62,762 nucleotides of DNA. Source: Clostridiales bacterium (GTDB lineage: Bacteria; Bacillota; Clostridia; Christensenellales; UBA1242). Numbering within the stretch: position 1 is the first letter of the stretch; the number at the start of each line of letters is the position of its first letter. Under the pieces are notes generated by a model. It was given only the letters and a program-made list of their open reading frames with translations. It was not told the DNA's origin and did no database searches. Location of the stretch: the NCBI GenBank assembly GCA_015055905.1, contig SVHI01000006.1:1-62762 (forward strand), in the 5' to 3' direction. The position numbers and the translations under genes are program-made. Below are positions 50,139 through 59,899 of the stretch, piece by piece.

Positions 50139-51623
50139 TCATATAAAAACGCTAATTTCTTTTGATATATTTTGACAAGTTTTGCCACATGAGAAGGTCT
50201 TTTCACACCTTCCTTTTTTTATTAAATTAAATGTCGAGTAATTGGTACCGTAAGGACAATTTAAATAAATGTCGACAGTTTCTTCATCTATTTCTATTTT
50301 ATTAATTGTATAAGTAACAAATTCATAGTCATCTAGTTTTAAAGCATTTGAAAAATATTTTTTGATATATGGTTTTTTAAATCTTTCATCATCTTTACTT
50401 TTCTCATAAAATATTTCAGCATCTAGTTCAGTAATTCTGCTTTCAAGAAACTTTATTCTATTATTGGTTGTATCATTAAGAATTCCGTTTTCAAGAGCTT
50501 GAATAAGATTCTTTAATGACTTTTCACACTTTATTTTTTCTTCTTCATATTTTCTTAGTTGTTCTAGATTTTTTTTTTGCTTATATTTTTCTATAAGAAT
50601 TTTTGAAATGGCATCAATATTATAATGGTTTGAAATGAATGTTCTAATAAATGATGTTAGATAATCTTCAAGATATACTTTTTGATAAGCTGTTGCATTA
50701 CAAGTATGGTTTCTTTTTCTATTAAGACATTTGTAGTACCTATAAACCCAATTATGTTTTGAGGTTCCACCATCAACTTTAAAAGGTGCTTCACATTGTT
50801 TGCAAAAAATTTTACCTCTATAAATATAAAGTTCTTTTACATTACCACCATGTCGATAAGCGTTTTTGAGACTGATAACTTTTTTAAAAACATTTCTTTG
50901 AATGATGGGTGGGTAAATATCGTGAAAATATTCACCATCATATTGATACAAACCAGTATAATATTCTTTACTGAGAATTTTACGAACTGCTCCTGCTGAA
51001 AATAATTTTCCTGTCTTATAATGAGTGCACCTTCTTCTAAGTTTCTTTGCTATGTCTGTACAATGATGTCCCATTAAATATTGCTTGAAAATAAATTTTA
51101 CAACATTTGCTTCTTTTTCATCTATCACAAGTTTTTTATCTTTTATTTGATAACCATATGGTCTGATGCCACCATAATAATTGCCTTTCATTCGAGATTC
51201 TCTTAAACCACGCTTAACTTTTTGAGAAAGTTCAGCAGAGTAGTATTGATTTAATCCTTCTAATAAACTTTCTAAAATTATACCTTCAGGCGTATCTGGA
51301 ATATTTTCCATAGCAGAAACAACTGTTATGCCTATATCTTTTAAATTTTTCTTATGAATAACTGATTCATATTTGTTTCTTGAAAATCTATCAAACTTAT
51401 AAACTAAAATACAATCCCATAGTCTCTTTTTTGAGTCTGATAACATTCTTTGAAATTCAGGTCGATTATCATTGGTTCCTGTCATTGCTCGGTCAACATA
51501 ATATTCTAATATTTCAATGCCATTTCGTTCTGCGTATTCATTACAAACACGCACTTGTCCTTCAATACTTTGCTCTGTTTGACTATCGCTAGAATATCTA
51601 GCATAGACAACAGATTTTTTCAT
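50139..51623 (-). CDS. Large serine recombinase (integrase)
   Basis: YARYSS catalytic motif, DRFSR, PYGY recombinase domain, CKQC..YYKC..C zinc ribbon, coiled coil. Confidence 0.95.
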   Translation of the reverse strand: MKKSVVYARYSSDSQTEQSIEGQVRVCNEYAERNGIEILEYYVDRAMTGTNDNRPEFQRMLSDSKKRLWDCILVYKFDRFSRNKYESVIHKKNLKDIGITVVSAMENIPDTPEGIILESLLEGLNQYYSAELSQKVKRGLRESRMKGNYYGGIRPYGYQIKDKKLVIDEKEANVVKFIFKQYLMGHHCTDIAKKLRRRCTHYKTGKLFSAGAVRKILSKEYYTGLYQYDGEYFHDIYPPIIQRNVFKKVISLKNAYRHGGNVKELYIYRGKIFCKQCEAPFKVDGGTSKHNWVYRYYKCLNRKRNHTCNATAYQKVYLEDYLTSFIRTFISNHYNIDAISKILIEKYKQKKNLEQLRKYEEEKIKCEKSLKNLIQALENGILNDTTNNRIKFLESRITELDAEIFYEKSKDDERFKKPYIKKYFSNALKLDDYEFVTYTINKIEIDEETVDIYLNCPYGTNYSTFNLIKKGRCEKTFSCGKTCQNISKEISVFI

Positions 51624-51820
51624 TATACCTCCTTTATAGATACCTGCATAAATAGTATACCATAATGATAGGGAAGAGTAATAATGGTATATAAATAAAA
51701 ACGCAAAAAATCACATAAATATAATGAAAAAAATAAAAAATGACACCATTTATTAAAAAATAATGTCATTTTTGCAGTTTTTATATATTTACTTTATTAA
51801 AAAATAAAATTTTCTTTAAA

Positions 51821-53692
51821 TTATCCTTTAAGCTTTTCAACATTGTTTTGGAAATCTTCAAAAGACATTATTTGATTTCCTGCAAATGCTCTAAAATCAC
51901 CATTTATTTCTGCATAACAAAATCTAAAAATATTAGAATCTTCATAATACTCACTTGTACAATAATATAATTCATTATCAATTATTTTAATACATACATA
52001 ATTACATTCGCATTCGTATCTAACATTTGGAACTTTTAGATAAATACCATTATTAATCATTTCAACAGGCATAAAATAAAATTCTTCATTAACTTCACAC
52101 CCTGTTTTTTTAATATTTTCTAAAATTAAAAATAATGTCTTACGAAATTCTTCTTCATTATGATAAAATTTGTTGAAAACTGTTATGTTTGGACATATTA
52201 ACTTTAATAAATGATTAGTTAAAACATAATTAGTGGATTTCAATAACACTTCTTCGAAATATTTTTTTTCTTCCTCAAAAAAATTAGAATTTATTTTTGT
52301 TTGTTTTTCTTCATTTATAGATAATTGCTCAACAGGATTAATTTTGTTTTTTGGTTTCTTCTTTAATTCTAATTTAAATGGATTATATTGTTCATAATTA
52401 TTAAAATTCTTTATTTCATTTAAAATAATTATTTTATCTATCATTCCATCATTATATTGAATTTTAACTTCATTGTAAGCTCCAGTTGCAGGATAATGTA
52501 TATACATTTTTACATCTTCATAGTATTTAACACTCTCATTATTTAGCTTATATGCTCTACAAGGAGTATTATATTCACTTTCTAATTTTCTTAGATTGAT
52601 ATTTTCCAAATAGTTGATAATGTTTTCTTTTCCTTCAATTTTATTATCAGTATCTAATGAATGAAATACAGCATCATCTTTTAATATTCTATATAAACTA
52701 TATGTTGAGCTATCTTCCAAAGCAAGAGAAACAAGTTCTAATGCATCCAAATAATTTGATTTTGCTTTTTGTTGTTTTGCTAATTTGAATTCATGTTCAG
52801 GTAAATTCATATAGGTATCATAATATTTTTTTGAATCAACCAAATTTTTCTTACAAAGGTTATCTAATATAGAACGAAATTGTGTGTAATAAATAACACC
52901 ATAATCTTTTATCGATTTTCTAAATTCATATAACAAAGTTGAACCCGATTTGTATCTATTTGAAATTAAATCCAAAAGCGTTTTATTAAAGAAATCTTCA
53001 TTATAATAAACGACTTTATCATCTTTTGATAAAAAATAACCATCTTTCTTAGTTAGTTCTAAATATTCTTTTTTTAAGTTTTTAAAATCAGATTTTTTTA
53101 GTTTAACAGCATTATTGATAGAATCAGTGATTTTATACTTTTTATTTTTTAAATCTTGTTTAGTTGCAAATTTTACATAATAAACATTATCACAATTTTC
53201 AAATCTTTCTGCATAATACAATAAATTTAAAATTGAATTAGCATTTAGAGCATTGCACCACAAATATAATTTGGTACTTTTGCCCTTATCTTTAAAAATA
53301 TCACATATCATCGATGATGCTCTTTCATCACAATAGCTCTTAGACCAAAAATGTAAAGAATTTTTTGGAATATCAAATTCTTGAGCAAATTGATAAATGT
53401 TATAATCAATTTTTCGTTCATATGGTTTTTTTAATTCATCTCTATAATAGCGAAGAAAATCAACACCTATATCACTAGGTGGTGATAATTCAAAAAATAT
53501 ATGAATATCTTTCATTTCTGCTTTAGAACAACACTCTCCACAGCGAGGACAAGTTCTTCTTTCAAAATAAAGTTTGCTTGAAATTTCTTCTCCACAATTT
53601 CTACATTTTTTATACATAAGTTTTTCATAACTTTCTTTTGTTATAAAATCTGTAACATTTCCTTTTAAATTTTTTTCCATAATAAACTCCAA
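51821..53692 (-). CDS. Mosaic hypothetical protein (Zn ribbon + DUF1835/DUF3658-like + SnoaL-like)
   Basis: CRNC..CPRC; LYLWCNALNANS; YNEDFFNKTLLDLI; DDAVFHS..IEGKENIINYL. Confidence 0.55.
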   Translation of the reverse strand: MEFIMEKNLKGNVTDFITKESYEKLMYKKCRNCGEEISSKLYFERRTCPRCGECCSKAEMKDIHIFFELSPPSDIGVDFLRYYRDELKKPYERKIDYNIYQFAQEFDIPKNSLHFWSKSYCDERASSMICDIFKDKGKSTKLYLWCNALNANSILNLLYYAERFENCDNVYYVKFATKQDLKNKKYKITDSINNAVKLKKSDFKNLKKEYLELTKKDGYFLSKDDKVVYYNEDFFNKTLLDLISNRYKSGSTLLYEFRKSIKDYGVIYYTQFRSILDNLCKKNLVDSKKYYDTYMNLPEHEFKLAKQQKAKSNYLDALELVSLALEDSSTYSLYRILKDDAVFHSLDTDNKIEGKENIINYLENINLRKLESEYNTPCRAYKLNNESVKYYEDVKMYIHYPATGAYNEVKIQYNDGMIDKIIILNEIKNFNNYEQYNPFKLELKKKPKNKINPVEQLSINEEKQTKINSNFFEEEKKYFEEVLLKSTNYVLTNHLLKLICPNITVFNKFYHNEEEFRKTLFLILENIKKTGCEVNEEFYFMPVEMINNGIYLKVPNVRYECECNYVCIKIIDNELYYCTSEYYEDSNIFRFCYAEINGDFRAFAGNQIMSFEDFQNNVEKLKG

Positions 53693-53698
53693 ATTTAT

Positions 53699-55111
53699 TT
53701 ATCCGTCAATTTCTATTTTTGATTCAATACAAATTTCAGTAATATAGATTTTATCTGTTTTAATGTATACTTTACATTGATTGTATTCTGAGGAAGACAT
53801 AGGATAGGTTAATAAGATATGACCATTGTCTAGATTTATATCATTTAAGTTATTCGGTAAAACAACTTTTGCAAATACAAGATAATCTCTATTCAATGTG
53901 TTTTCAAAATAATCTAATATATTTTTTCTTCCTACTACTTCTTGATTTAAATAGCCAAATCTTAAAACAGTTTTATCGTTTATTCTTTTACAAATAGAGT
54001 GAACATCACCAAATTCAAAAGCATAATGAAATTGATGTAGATATTCATGATTTAGTTGCGATAAAGGTTTTTGTTGATGAGGAATAAAATCAACAATTTG
54101 AACTTCATAATCTTTACATTCCTTACCATTTTTTAAAATAATAGAATTTCCTTTTCTTTTTTCAACATCATATGTTTTTCCTATATCTAATCCTTCAGTA
54201 GTTGGAACATTTTTACTAGGTGAGCCATTAAAAATGACCTTTGAAGGTTGTAGTTTTTCAAATAAACTAGCTTCAAATTCTTTTTGTTTATTCTTTTTTA
54301 TGTTTACTAAATAATAATCTTCATCATAACCATAAACAACTGCAACTTGATAGATTTTACCATTCTTAAGTTCTTTTGTTGACGGTCCAATATATTTAAC
54401 AAACATATCAAATGGAAGATATTGATATCTATCAATGCCAGCATTTCTTTTTAAGGAAGAAACAAAATAAATGATATCAGAATTTGTAATTTCCATATTA
54501 AATTCTTTTTTTAATTCAATATATTCTAATAAACGCAACATAAAATCGTCATTTTGTTCATCTGTTGTTTCATCTCTTAAAAGAATGAGTGTGCCAATAA
54601 TATCATCTTTTTCTAGATTAAGTTTTTTTAATGCATTGATTAACATTTTCGTGTGTTTTTTAATCTTTGATTCGATAGTTATATCTTTTTTAGATTCATA
54701 TTTTCTTATTTGAAAGTTGCTTAAAAACTCTTCTTTGCTGATAATTGAATTTTCTTTTAATAATTTATACGCTTTTTCTAAATCTTCACCCCTAAATGGT
54801 GCAAGAGTTAGTTCAGATAATCCAAGTTTGATAATTAAACTCACAAGCTCATCAAATTCTTCGTCTGATAAATTACAGTTAAATTCTTCATCATCATAAT
54901 CAACATATCGAAAATCATCAAAAGGCTCCACGCTTTTAATATGTTCAATTTTAATTTCATGATTTCGATTGTAACTATCTGCAAGAGAAATCGTATCAAC
55001 ATCATTATTTGATTGATATATGTCAACTAAAATACCAATATCATAATCATCATTAAAATAGGAAACTTTAATTGGTTCAAGTTTGTATTTTTCTAAATCA
55101 CTTATTTGCAT
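53699..55111 (-). CDS. Mosaic hypothetical protein (two SH3-like repeats + SnoaL-like C-terminus)
   Basis: VKYIG..LKNGKIYQV and VIFNG..LDIGKTYDV repeats; EVVGRKNILDYF. Confidence 0.55.
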   Translation of the reverse strand: MQISDLEKYKLEPIKVSYFNDDYDIGILVDIYQSNNDVDTISLADSYNRNHEIKIEHIKSVEPFDDFRYVDYDDEEFNCNLSDEEFDELVSLIIKLGLSELTLAPFRGEDLEKAYKLLKENSIISKEEFLSNFQIRKYESKKDITIESKIKKHTKMLINALKKLNLEKDDIIGTLILLRDETTDEQNDDFMLRLLEYIELKKEFNMEITNSDIIYFVSSLKRNAGIDRYQYLPFDMFVKYIGPSTKELKNGKIYQVAVVYGYDEDYYLVNIKKNKQKEFEASLFEKLQPSKVIFNGSPSKNVPTTEGLDIGKTYDVEKRKGNSIILKNGKECKDYEVQIVDFIPHQQKPLSQLNHEYLHQFHYAFEFGDVHSICKRINDKTVLRFGYLNQEVVGRKNILDYFENTLNRDYLVFAKVVLPNNLNDINLDNGHILLTYPMSSSEYNQCKVYIKTDKIYITEICIESKIEIDG

Positions 55112-55205
55112 AGTGTTTTCTCCTTACAAATACATTATAGCAAAATCTGTGTCCAAAAAAACGGATTTTAAGGCAAAAAATAAAAATACTTATAATTTTT
55201 AAGTA

Positions 55206-55313
55206 ATAAAAAAACAACGACCTAGGTTTTTTAACCCAAACACACGAAGTGCATCATGTCGTTGTTTGAAAACTTAATACCACCTGAACACGAAGTTCTG
55301 CATTAAATTTTCT
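55206..55313 (-). ncRNA. Candidate small RNA with twin ACUUCGUGU hairpins
   Basis: TTGCAA-17bp-TATACT promoter (55320-48), no RBS/ORF, ends in AACAACGAC/GTCGTTGTT plus U tract. Confidence 0.5.
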
Positions 55314-55404
55314 ATTTGTAGTATAAATCAAACAAATAAAAATTGCAATGCATAATAAAAATAAAAACACTTGTATTTTATAAAAATTATGATATTTTCT
55401 TTAT

Positions 55405-55463
55405 AGAAGTGGCGAGTCCTTGAGACAATAGTAGCGATTTATCGTGAAGACCACTTCTTTTTT
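55405..55463 (+). ncRNA. Candidate compact three-stem RNA with loop-E motif
   Basis: AGAAGTGG/CCACTTCT closing stem plus T tract, GTC/GAC stem, AGTA-GCGAT/ATCGT-GAA. Confidence 0.45.
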
Positions 55464-55487
55464 ATTGTATAATATTTTAACCTTTTT

Positions 55488-55709
55488 CCTCCAAATTAAC
55501 CTTTCGGGTGCTAATGTAGCATAGTTAGTCATAGAGGTAAATGAGAGAAAATTTTTTGAGTCAACTTTATTGGTTGGCTTTTTTATTTTGTCAAAAATTT
55601 TTCTTTTGTTTCTCATTGACCTCTATACTCAAAAATTAAATGTTAGTTTGCATTTTACTAAGAACTATGCTCCATAGCCCTTTGCCGAAAGGTTAATTTT
55701 TTATGGAGG
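55488..55709 (+). repeat. Long imperfect inverted repeat (candidate ssDNA promoter, Frpo/ssi-like)
   Basis: AATTAACCTTTCGG/CCGAAAGGTTAATT, AGCATAGTT/AACTATGCT, ATAGAGG/CCTCTAT, AATGAGA/TCTCATT nested pairs. Confidence 0.7.
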
Positions 55710-55717
55710 TAAAAGAA

Positions 55718-55945
55718 ATGACAACAAATCAAGTTTATTTAAAGGAATTTGAGTTTTATGACGGCGAAGCCTTTATAACATTCAACATTCTAGGATTCAA
55801 CGAAGATAAAAATACCGTTGAAGTTGCCATTACTGATAGAGGTCGAATAACTGTTTCAGAATTTGACATCTATGAAGATTTTAATGGTTATTACATTGAG
55901 TATAAACACATGCTCAACAAAATTTATTTTGAAGATTTTAATTAA
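55718..55945 (+). CDS. Small acidic hypothetical protein, first gene of the leading-region-like cluster
   Basis: RBS GGAGG, 75 aa. Confidence 0.7.
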   Translation: MTTNQVYLKEFEFYDGEAFITFNILGFNEDKNTVEVAITDRGRITVSEFDIYEDFNGYYIEYKHMLNKIYFEDFN

Positions 55946-55959
55946 AAGGAGTTAAACGA

Positions 55960-56502
55960 ATGGAAGAAATCGAAATCGTAATCGGTTCTTGGGGTTCTTA
56001 CAATGAATGTAATGAAAGAAGTCTTGGCTCTAACTGGTTAAGACTTTCAGAATATTCTGATTGGGAAGAGATTCAAACCGAATTAAAAAATCAAGGATTT
56101 ATACTTGATGGAATTGATGAAGAATTATTTATTCAAGATGTGAGTAGCTTTCCAGACACATCTGTAAATTGGGATTGTATGCACCCAAAGAGATTTTTTG
56201 AAATTTTAAAGGAGTCTGGAATTTTAGATGATTCATATAAATACGAAACATTTGAAGCATTTTTAGAAGTTGAATCATTTGATGAATTTGAACGCAGAGT
56301 TGAATCTGATGGTTCAAATTGGGATGATGATGTTTACATTTATAAAAATCGTGATTGGTATGATTTAGGTTATGAATTTTTGCATGAATGTCATCAAATA
56401 CCAGATTTTCTTGATAACTATATCGACTATGAAAGATATGGTGAAGAATTTAAATATGACGGATTCCAAGAATATAGTAATGGAATTATTGAAATTAGAT
56501 AG
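55960..56502 (+). CDS. ardA: Antirestriction protein ArdA
   Basis: Very acidic; YNE..G.W, EELFIQD, IPDFLDNYIDYERYGEE motifs. Confidence 0.85.
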   Translation: MEEIEIVIGSWGSYNECNERSLGSNWLRLSEYSDWEEIQTELKNQGFILDGIDEELFIQDVSSFPDTSVNWDCMHPKRFFEILKESGILDDSYKYETFEAFLEVESFDEFERRVESDGSNWDDDVYIYKNRDWYDLGYEFLHECHQIPDFLDNYIDYERYGEEFKYDGFQEYSNGIIEIR

Positions 56503-56513
56503 GAGTTAAAATT

Positions 56514-56927
56514 ATGAATATTGAAAGAGAAACTAAAAAACAAAAAGCTATTGAAAACTTAAAGAAATTAGACATTTACAAACCTTATATTAAAGGATTT
56601 AAAAACGAAGATAACATTTGTTATTTTGAAAATTATGGTGGTTATTGGGCTTGGCAAGAACCAGAGTTAATTGAAAAAGTAAAAGAGTTAGAAGAACAAC
56701 ATAATTGTTTGGTATATGCAATTACTCACGAATATACAGCAATAGGTGAGATGTATTCATTTTTAATCGTAACTGATTATGAAGAAGAATGGGATACATT
56801 ACTTGAGAAATATGGCAATCAATATTATGGATTTGCTTATGTTTGGAATGTTGATGATGATATGTGTAGTGAATTTGGAACTATTGCATTATCAAGTTTT
56901 GGTGGTGGTATTAGGAGGATTGGATAA
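56514..56927 (+). CDS. Hypothetical protein
   Basis: RBS AGGAG; AYVWN..SEFG..GGGIRRIG, in the small-gene cluster. Confidence 0.7.
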   Translation: MNIERETKKQKAIENLKKLDIYKPYIKGFKNEDNICYFENYGGYWAWQEPELIEKVKELEEQHNCLVYAITHEYTAIGEMYSFLIVTDYEEEWDTLLEKYGNQYYGFAYVWNVDDDMCSEFGTIALSSFGGGIRRIG

Positions 56928-57220
56928 TGTTAAAAGAAAATGAAGTTTATGTAGTTCAATTTGACTATTCAACAGAAGATACTGATGGTATTGACTTATA
57001 TTTATTTAAACACTTTGATGATGCTTTTGCTAAATTTAAAAGCATTATTAAAGATGAAATAAAATTCTATACAGAAAGTTATTCTCATTTGGAAGAAGAT
57101 TTTGAATTAGATACAAATATAGATGACGATAATGCACTTGAATATTATTGGAATTACAAATACAAACATGACTATTATGTTCATACATTTTTAGACTTAA
57201 AAATTAAAGAGGTGAAATAA
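56927..57220 (+). CDS. Small acidic hypothetical protein
   Basis: Coupled TAATG overlap, RBS AGGAGG. Confidence 0.7.
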   Translation: MLKENEVYVVQFDYSTEDTDGIDLYLFKHFDDAFAKFKSIIKDEIKFYTESYSHLEEDFELDTNIDDDNALEYYWNYKYKHDYYVHTFLDLKIKEVK

Positions 57221-57447
57221 TGAGAAACTTAAAAGAAGTTAGACCCTTGCTTAGTGCTATTTATTGCATTAACAGAACAGGTTCAAAAGATGAAGATATT
57301 GAGAAAATACTTGATTATGCTTTTAATAGATTATTTAATCAAAATACCAATTTGTTGAAACTTGCTTGTATTGGTAGGACAAAAGAAGATTCAATGCAAG
57401 AAATTAAACAAATATTAAAAGAAGATACTTCAATGGAGGTAGAATAA
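57220..57447 (+). CDS. Small hypothetical protein
   Basis: Coupled TAATG overlap, RBS GAGGTG. Confidence 0.7.
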   Translation: MRNLKEVRPLLSAIYCINRTGSKDEDIEKILDYAFNRLFNQNTNLLKLACIGRTKEDSMQEIKQILKEDTSMEVE

Positions 57448-57450
57448 TGG

Positions 57451-57666
57451 ATGTGTATTAAACTAGAAAATGAATATGGATATAAACTATGCTATTCATT
57501 AAAAACACGAAAAAGAAAGTTAATAGTTGATTGTATAACTAACACCTATGGTTTAGCAAAATTTGAAAAACAACAACGCTTAAAAACAAGTAAAATAAGA
57601 GATTGGTATATATTGCCAATTAGAAAAAAAGAATATAAGAAGTTGTGGAAAGACTGTCCGTTTTAG
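57451..57666 (+). CDS. Small basic hypothetical protein
   Basis: RBS GGAGG; ends WKDCPF; hairpin over the stop. Confidence 0.65.
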   Translation: MCIKLENEYGYKLCYSLKTRKRKLIVDCITNTYGLAKFEKQQRLKTSKIRDWYILPIRKKEYKKLWKDCPF

Positions 57667-57699
57667 GATGGTCTTTTCATTATTTTTAAAGGAGGAATT

Positions 57700-58350
57700 A
57701 TGAGTAAATTAAATCTTGCTACGAAAAATGCAGAGCAAGAAAAAATCAAACAATACTTGGAAGAAAATGCAAGTGATGTATTGATTAAAAAGATAAATGA
57801 AGGAGTCGAAATTGTAAAAGACAATAAGCTTGTTATAAACAAAAAAGACTTAGATGGTTTTTGGAGTTATGCAATAGAAGAAGCAAAAAAACAAGTAGAT
57901 AAAAACGCTAGAGGTGCAATAGTAGAACATACAACTGTATTTGGTTGGGCTATTCATTATTTTGAAGAATCTAGCATTGAAGGTAAACTTTACAATCTCG
58001 ATGGAACTGAATATAAACCTGAAATCAAGCAGGTTGAAAAAACAAAAGTTGAAGTCAAAAAAGAGCTTGAAAAACCTAAAAATACACAGGGTTCATTCTT
58101 TGACTTTACAGATGTAGAAGAACCAAAACAAGAAGAATTTAAACCTATTCAAGAAGAAATTATTGAGTATGAAGAGCCTGATGAGTTGTTTGATGACACA
58201 ACAGAGAAAGTTCCTGTTAAAAGAATAAATCAAAATACAGTAATTGACCTAAAAACAGGTGAGGTTATAGTTGAAAATGCTGATTATAACGAAGATTACA
58301 TAAACAAACTAAAAACTGTTCTTGGTGCGATTTTAGAGGTAAAATTATGA
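57700..58350 (+). CDS. PcfK-like family protein (family that includes anti-CRISPR AcrIIA9)
   Basis: KDLDGFWSYAIEEAKK..VFGWAIHYFEE motif; QGSFFDF tail; upstream of PcfJ. Confidence 0.75.
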   Translation: MSKLNLATKNAEQEKIKQYLEENASDVLIKKINEGVEIVKDNKLVINKKDLDGFWSYAIEEAKKQVDKNARGAIVEHTTVFGWAIHYFEESSIEGKLYNLDGTEYKPEIKQVEKTKVEVKKELEKPKNTQGSFFDFTDVEEPKQEEFKPIQEEIIEYEEPDELFDDTTEKVPVKRINQNTVIDLKTGEVIVENADYNEDYINKLKTVLGAILEVKL

Positions 58351-59660
58351 TTAAAGAAGAATACATTAAACCAATGCCAAAATATATAGTTAAATTGATT
58401 AAAATGAAAGATGACCACTCATACAATAAATATTCTGGTCTAAGATTTTTTTCATACTTTACTAAATACAACAAAGAACTTGTGAAAGTAACTGTTGCTG
58501 TGAAAAGTCGTGGCAAAAAATGGGCTTGTAAACAAGTTGCAGTTCATGGAATCCACTCTGATATATGTTTAGTTAAAGATATGGAATTTTGCTTTATGGG
58601 TGGCTATCAAGTTGGGTTTTATTTTGAAGGATTAACCAAACTTAAATGGTATGAAGATGGAAAATGGTATGAGGCAAAAGATAGTGTTTATGACCCTTAT
58701 TCAGTATGCGTAAATGAAGAATATCTACTCAAATTTCCAGAATATAAATACAGCAAAGTTAACTATATTCCAACTGAATACGCTTTTAAATATTTAAGAC
58801 TTTATGAACAATATCCAGAAATGGAACTTATGGTAAAAGCAGGTCTTTACAACTATGTTTTTAGTAAACAAATCTTAAGAAAATTAAAGAAGGATAACAA
58901 CTTTAAAAAATGGATTTTAGCAAATCTTAAAGAACTTACAAAAAATTATTTTTATGTTAGCACTGTCTTAAAAGCATATAAAAACAATAAACCATTACAA
59001 GAAACACAAGTCTATGAGGCAAACAAAAAAATATTTATGAGAAGTGAAAATTACAAGAATCTTAAAGCTGAAATTGGAGCAAATGAATACGATAAATTTT
59101 TAAAATATTTAGCAAATCAAAATACAAATTGTTCTTCTTATATTGATTATATGAACGCTTGTAAAGAACTTGGTTTAGACTTTAAAGACACAAAAAACAA
59201 ATATCCAAAAGATTTTAAAAGATGGCACGATATAAGAATTGATGAGTATAAGACAAAAAAAGCATTAGAAGATGAGAAAAAACGCAAAAAGTTATATGAG
59301 GATTTTAAAAATGTAGCAAATAAGTATGGTTTTCTTGAAAGAAACTTGAAAGATAACTTTATTGTTATTATTGCTAAATCTCCATATGATTTAACCATTG
59401 AGGGTAAAGAATTACATCATTGTGTAGGAATTATGAACTATGACCAAAAGTTTATTCAAGAAAAAAGTTTAATATTCTTTATTAGAAACAAAGAAGACCC
59501 CAACACACCTTTCGTTACAATGGAATATTCATTAAAAGAAAAAAAGATACTTCAATGTTATGGTGATAAAGACTCAAAACCAGCTGATGAAGTATTAAAT
59601 TTTGCAAATAAAATATGGCTGCCATACGCTAATAGAAAATTGAAAAAGATGGTGGCATAG
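58347..59660 (+). CDS. PcfJ domain protein
   Basis: YIDY..PKDFKRWHD, EGKELHHCVG..Y, IFFIR..PFVTME..IQ.YG. Confidence 0.85.
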   Translation: MIKEEYIKPMPKYIVKLIKMKDDHSYNKYSGLRFFSYFTKYNKELVKVTVAVKSRGKKWACKQVAVHGIHSDICLVKDMEFCFMGGYQVGFYFEGLTKLKWYEDGKWYEAKDSVYDPYSVCVNEEYLLKFPEYKYSKVNYIPTEYAFKYLRLYEQYPEMELMVKAGLYNYVFSKQILRKLKKDNNFKKWILANLKELTKNYFYVSTVLKAYKNNKPLQETQVYEANKKIFMRSENYKNLKAEIGANEYDKFLKYLANQNTNCSSYIDYMNACKELGLDFKDTKNKYPKDFKRWHDIRIDEYKTKKALEDEKKRKKLYEDFKNVANKYGFLERNLKDNFIVIIAKSPYDLTIEGKELHHCVGIMNYDQKFIQEKSLIFFIRNKEDPNTPFVTMEYSLKEKKILQCYGDKDSKPADEVLNFANKIWLPYANRKLKKMVA

Positions 59661-59668
59661 GAGGAATT

Positions 59669-59899
59669 ATGATTTACTTAACAAAAGGCTATACAATAAA
59701 AGATTTTGAAACAAGAGAAGAAGCACTTGAATATATCAAACAAGATTTAGAACAACACAAATTAAATTACAAATTAGTGTTTTCAACAAAAGAAAAAGAT
59801 ATTGAAATTTTAGTTTATCAATATCACACACTTTATACTGAAATGTATATGATTCATACAAAATTAAATTTAAGAGATAGAGGTGAACAATATGAGTAA
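59669..59899 (+). CDS. Small hypothetical protein
   Basis: RBS GGAGG, FETREEA motif. Confidence 0.65.
   Translation: MIYLTKGYTIKDFETREEALEYIKQDLEQHKLNYKLVFSTKEKDIEILVYQYHTLYTEMYMIHTKLNLRDRGEQYE

Noticed and set aside
55401-55616. 71-aa minus-strand ORF
   Set aside because: Lies within the hairpin and structured RNA region, no convincing RBS
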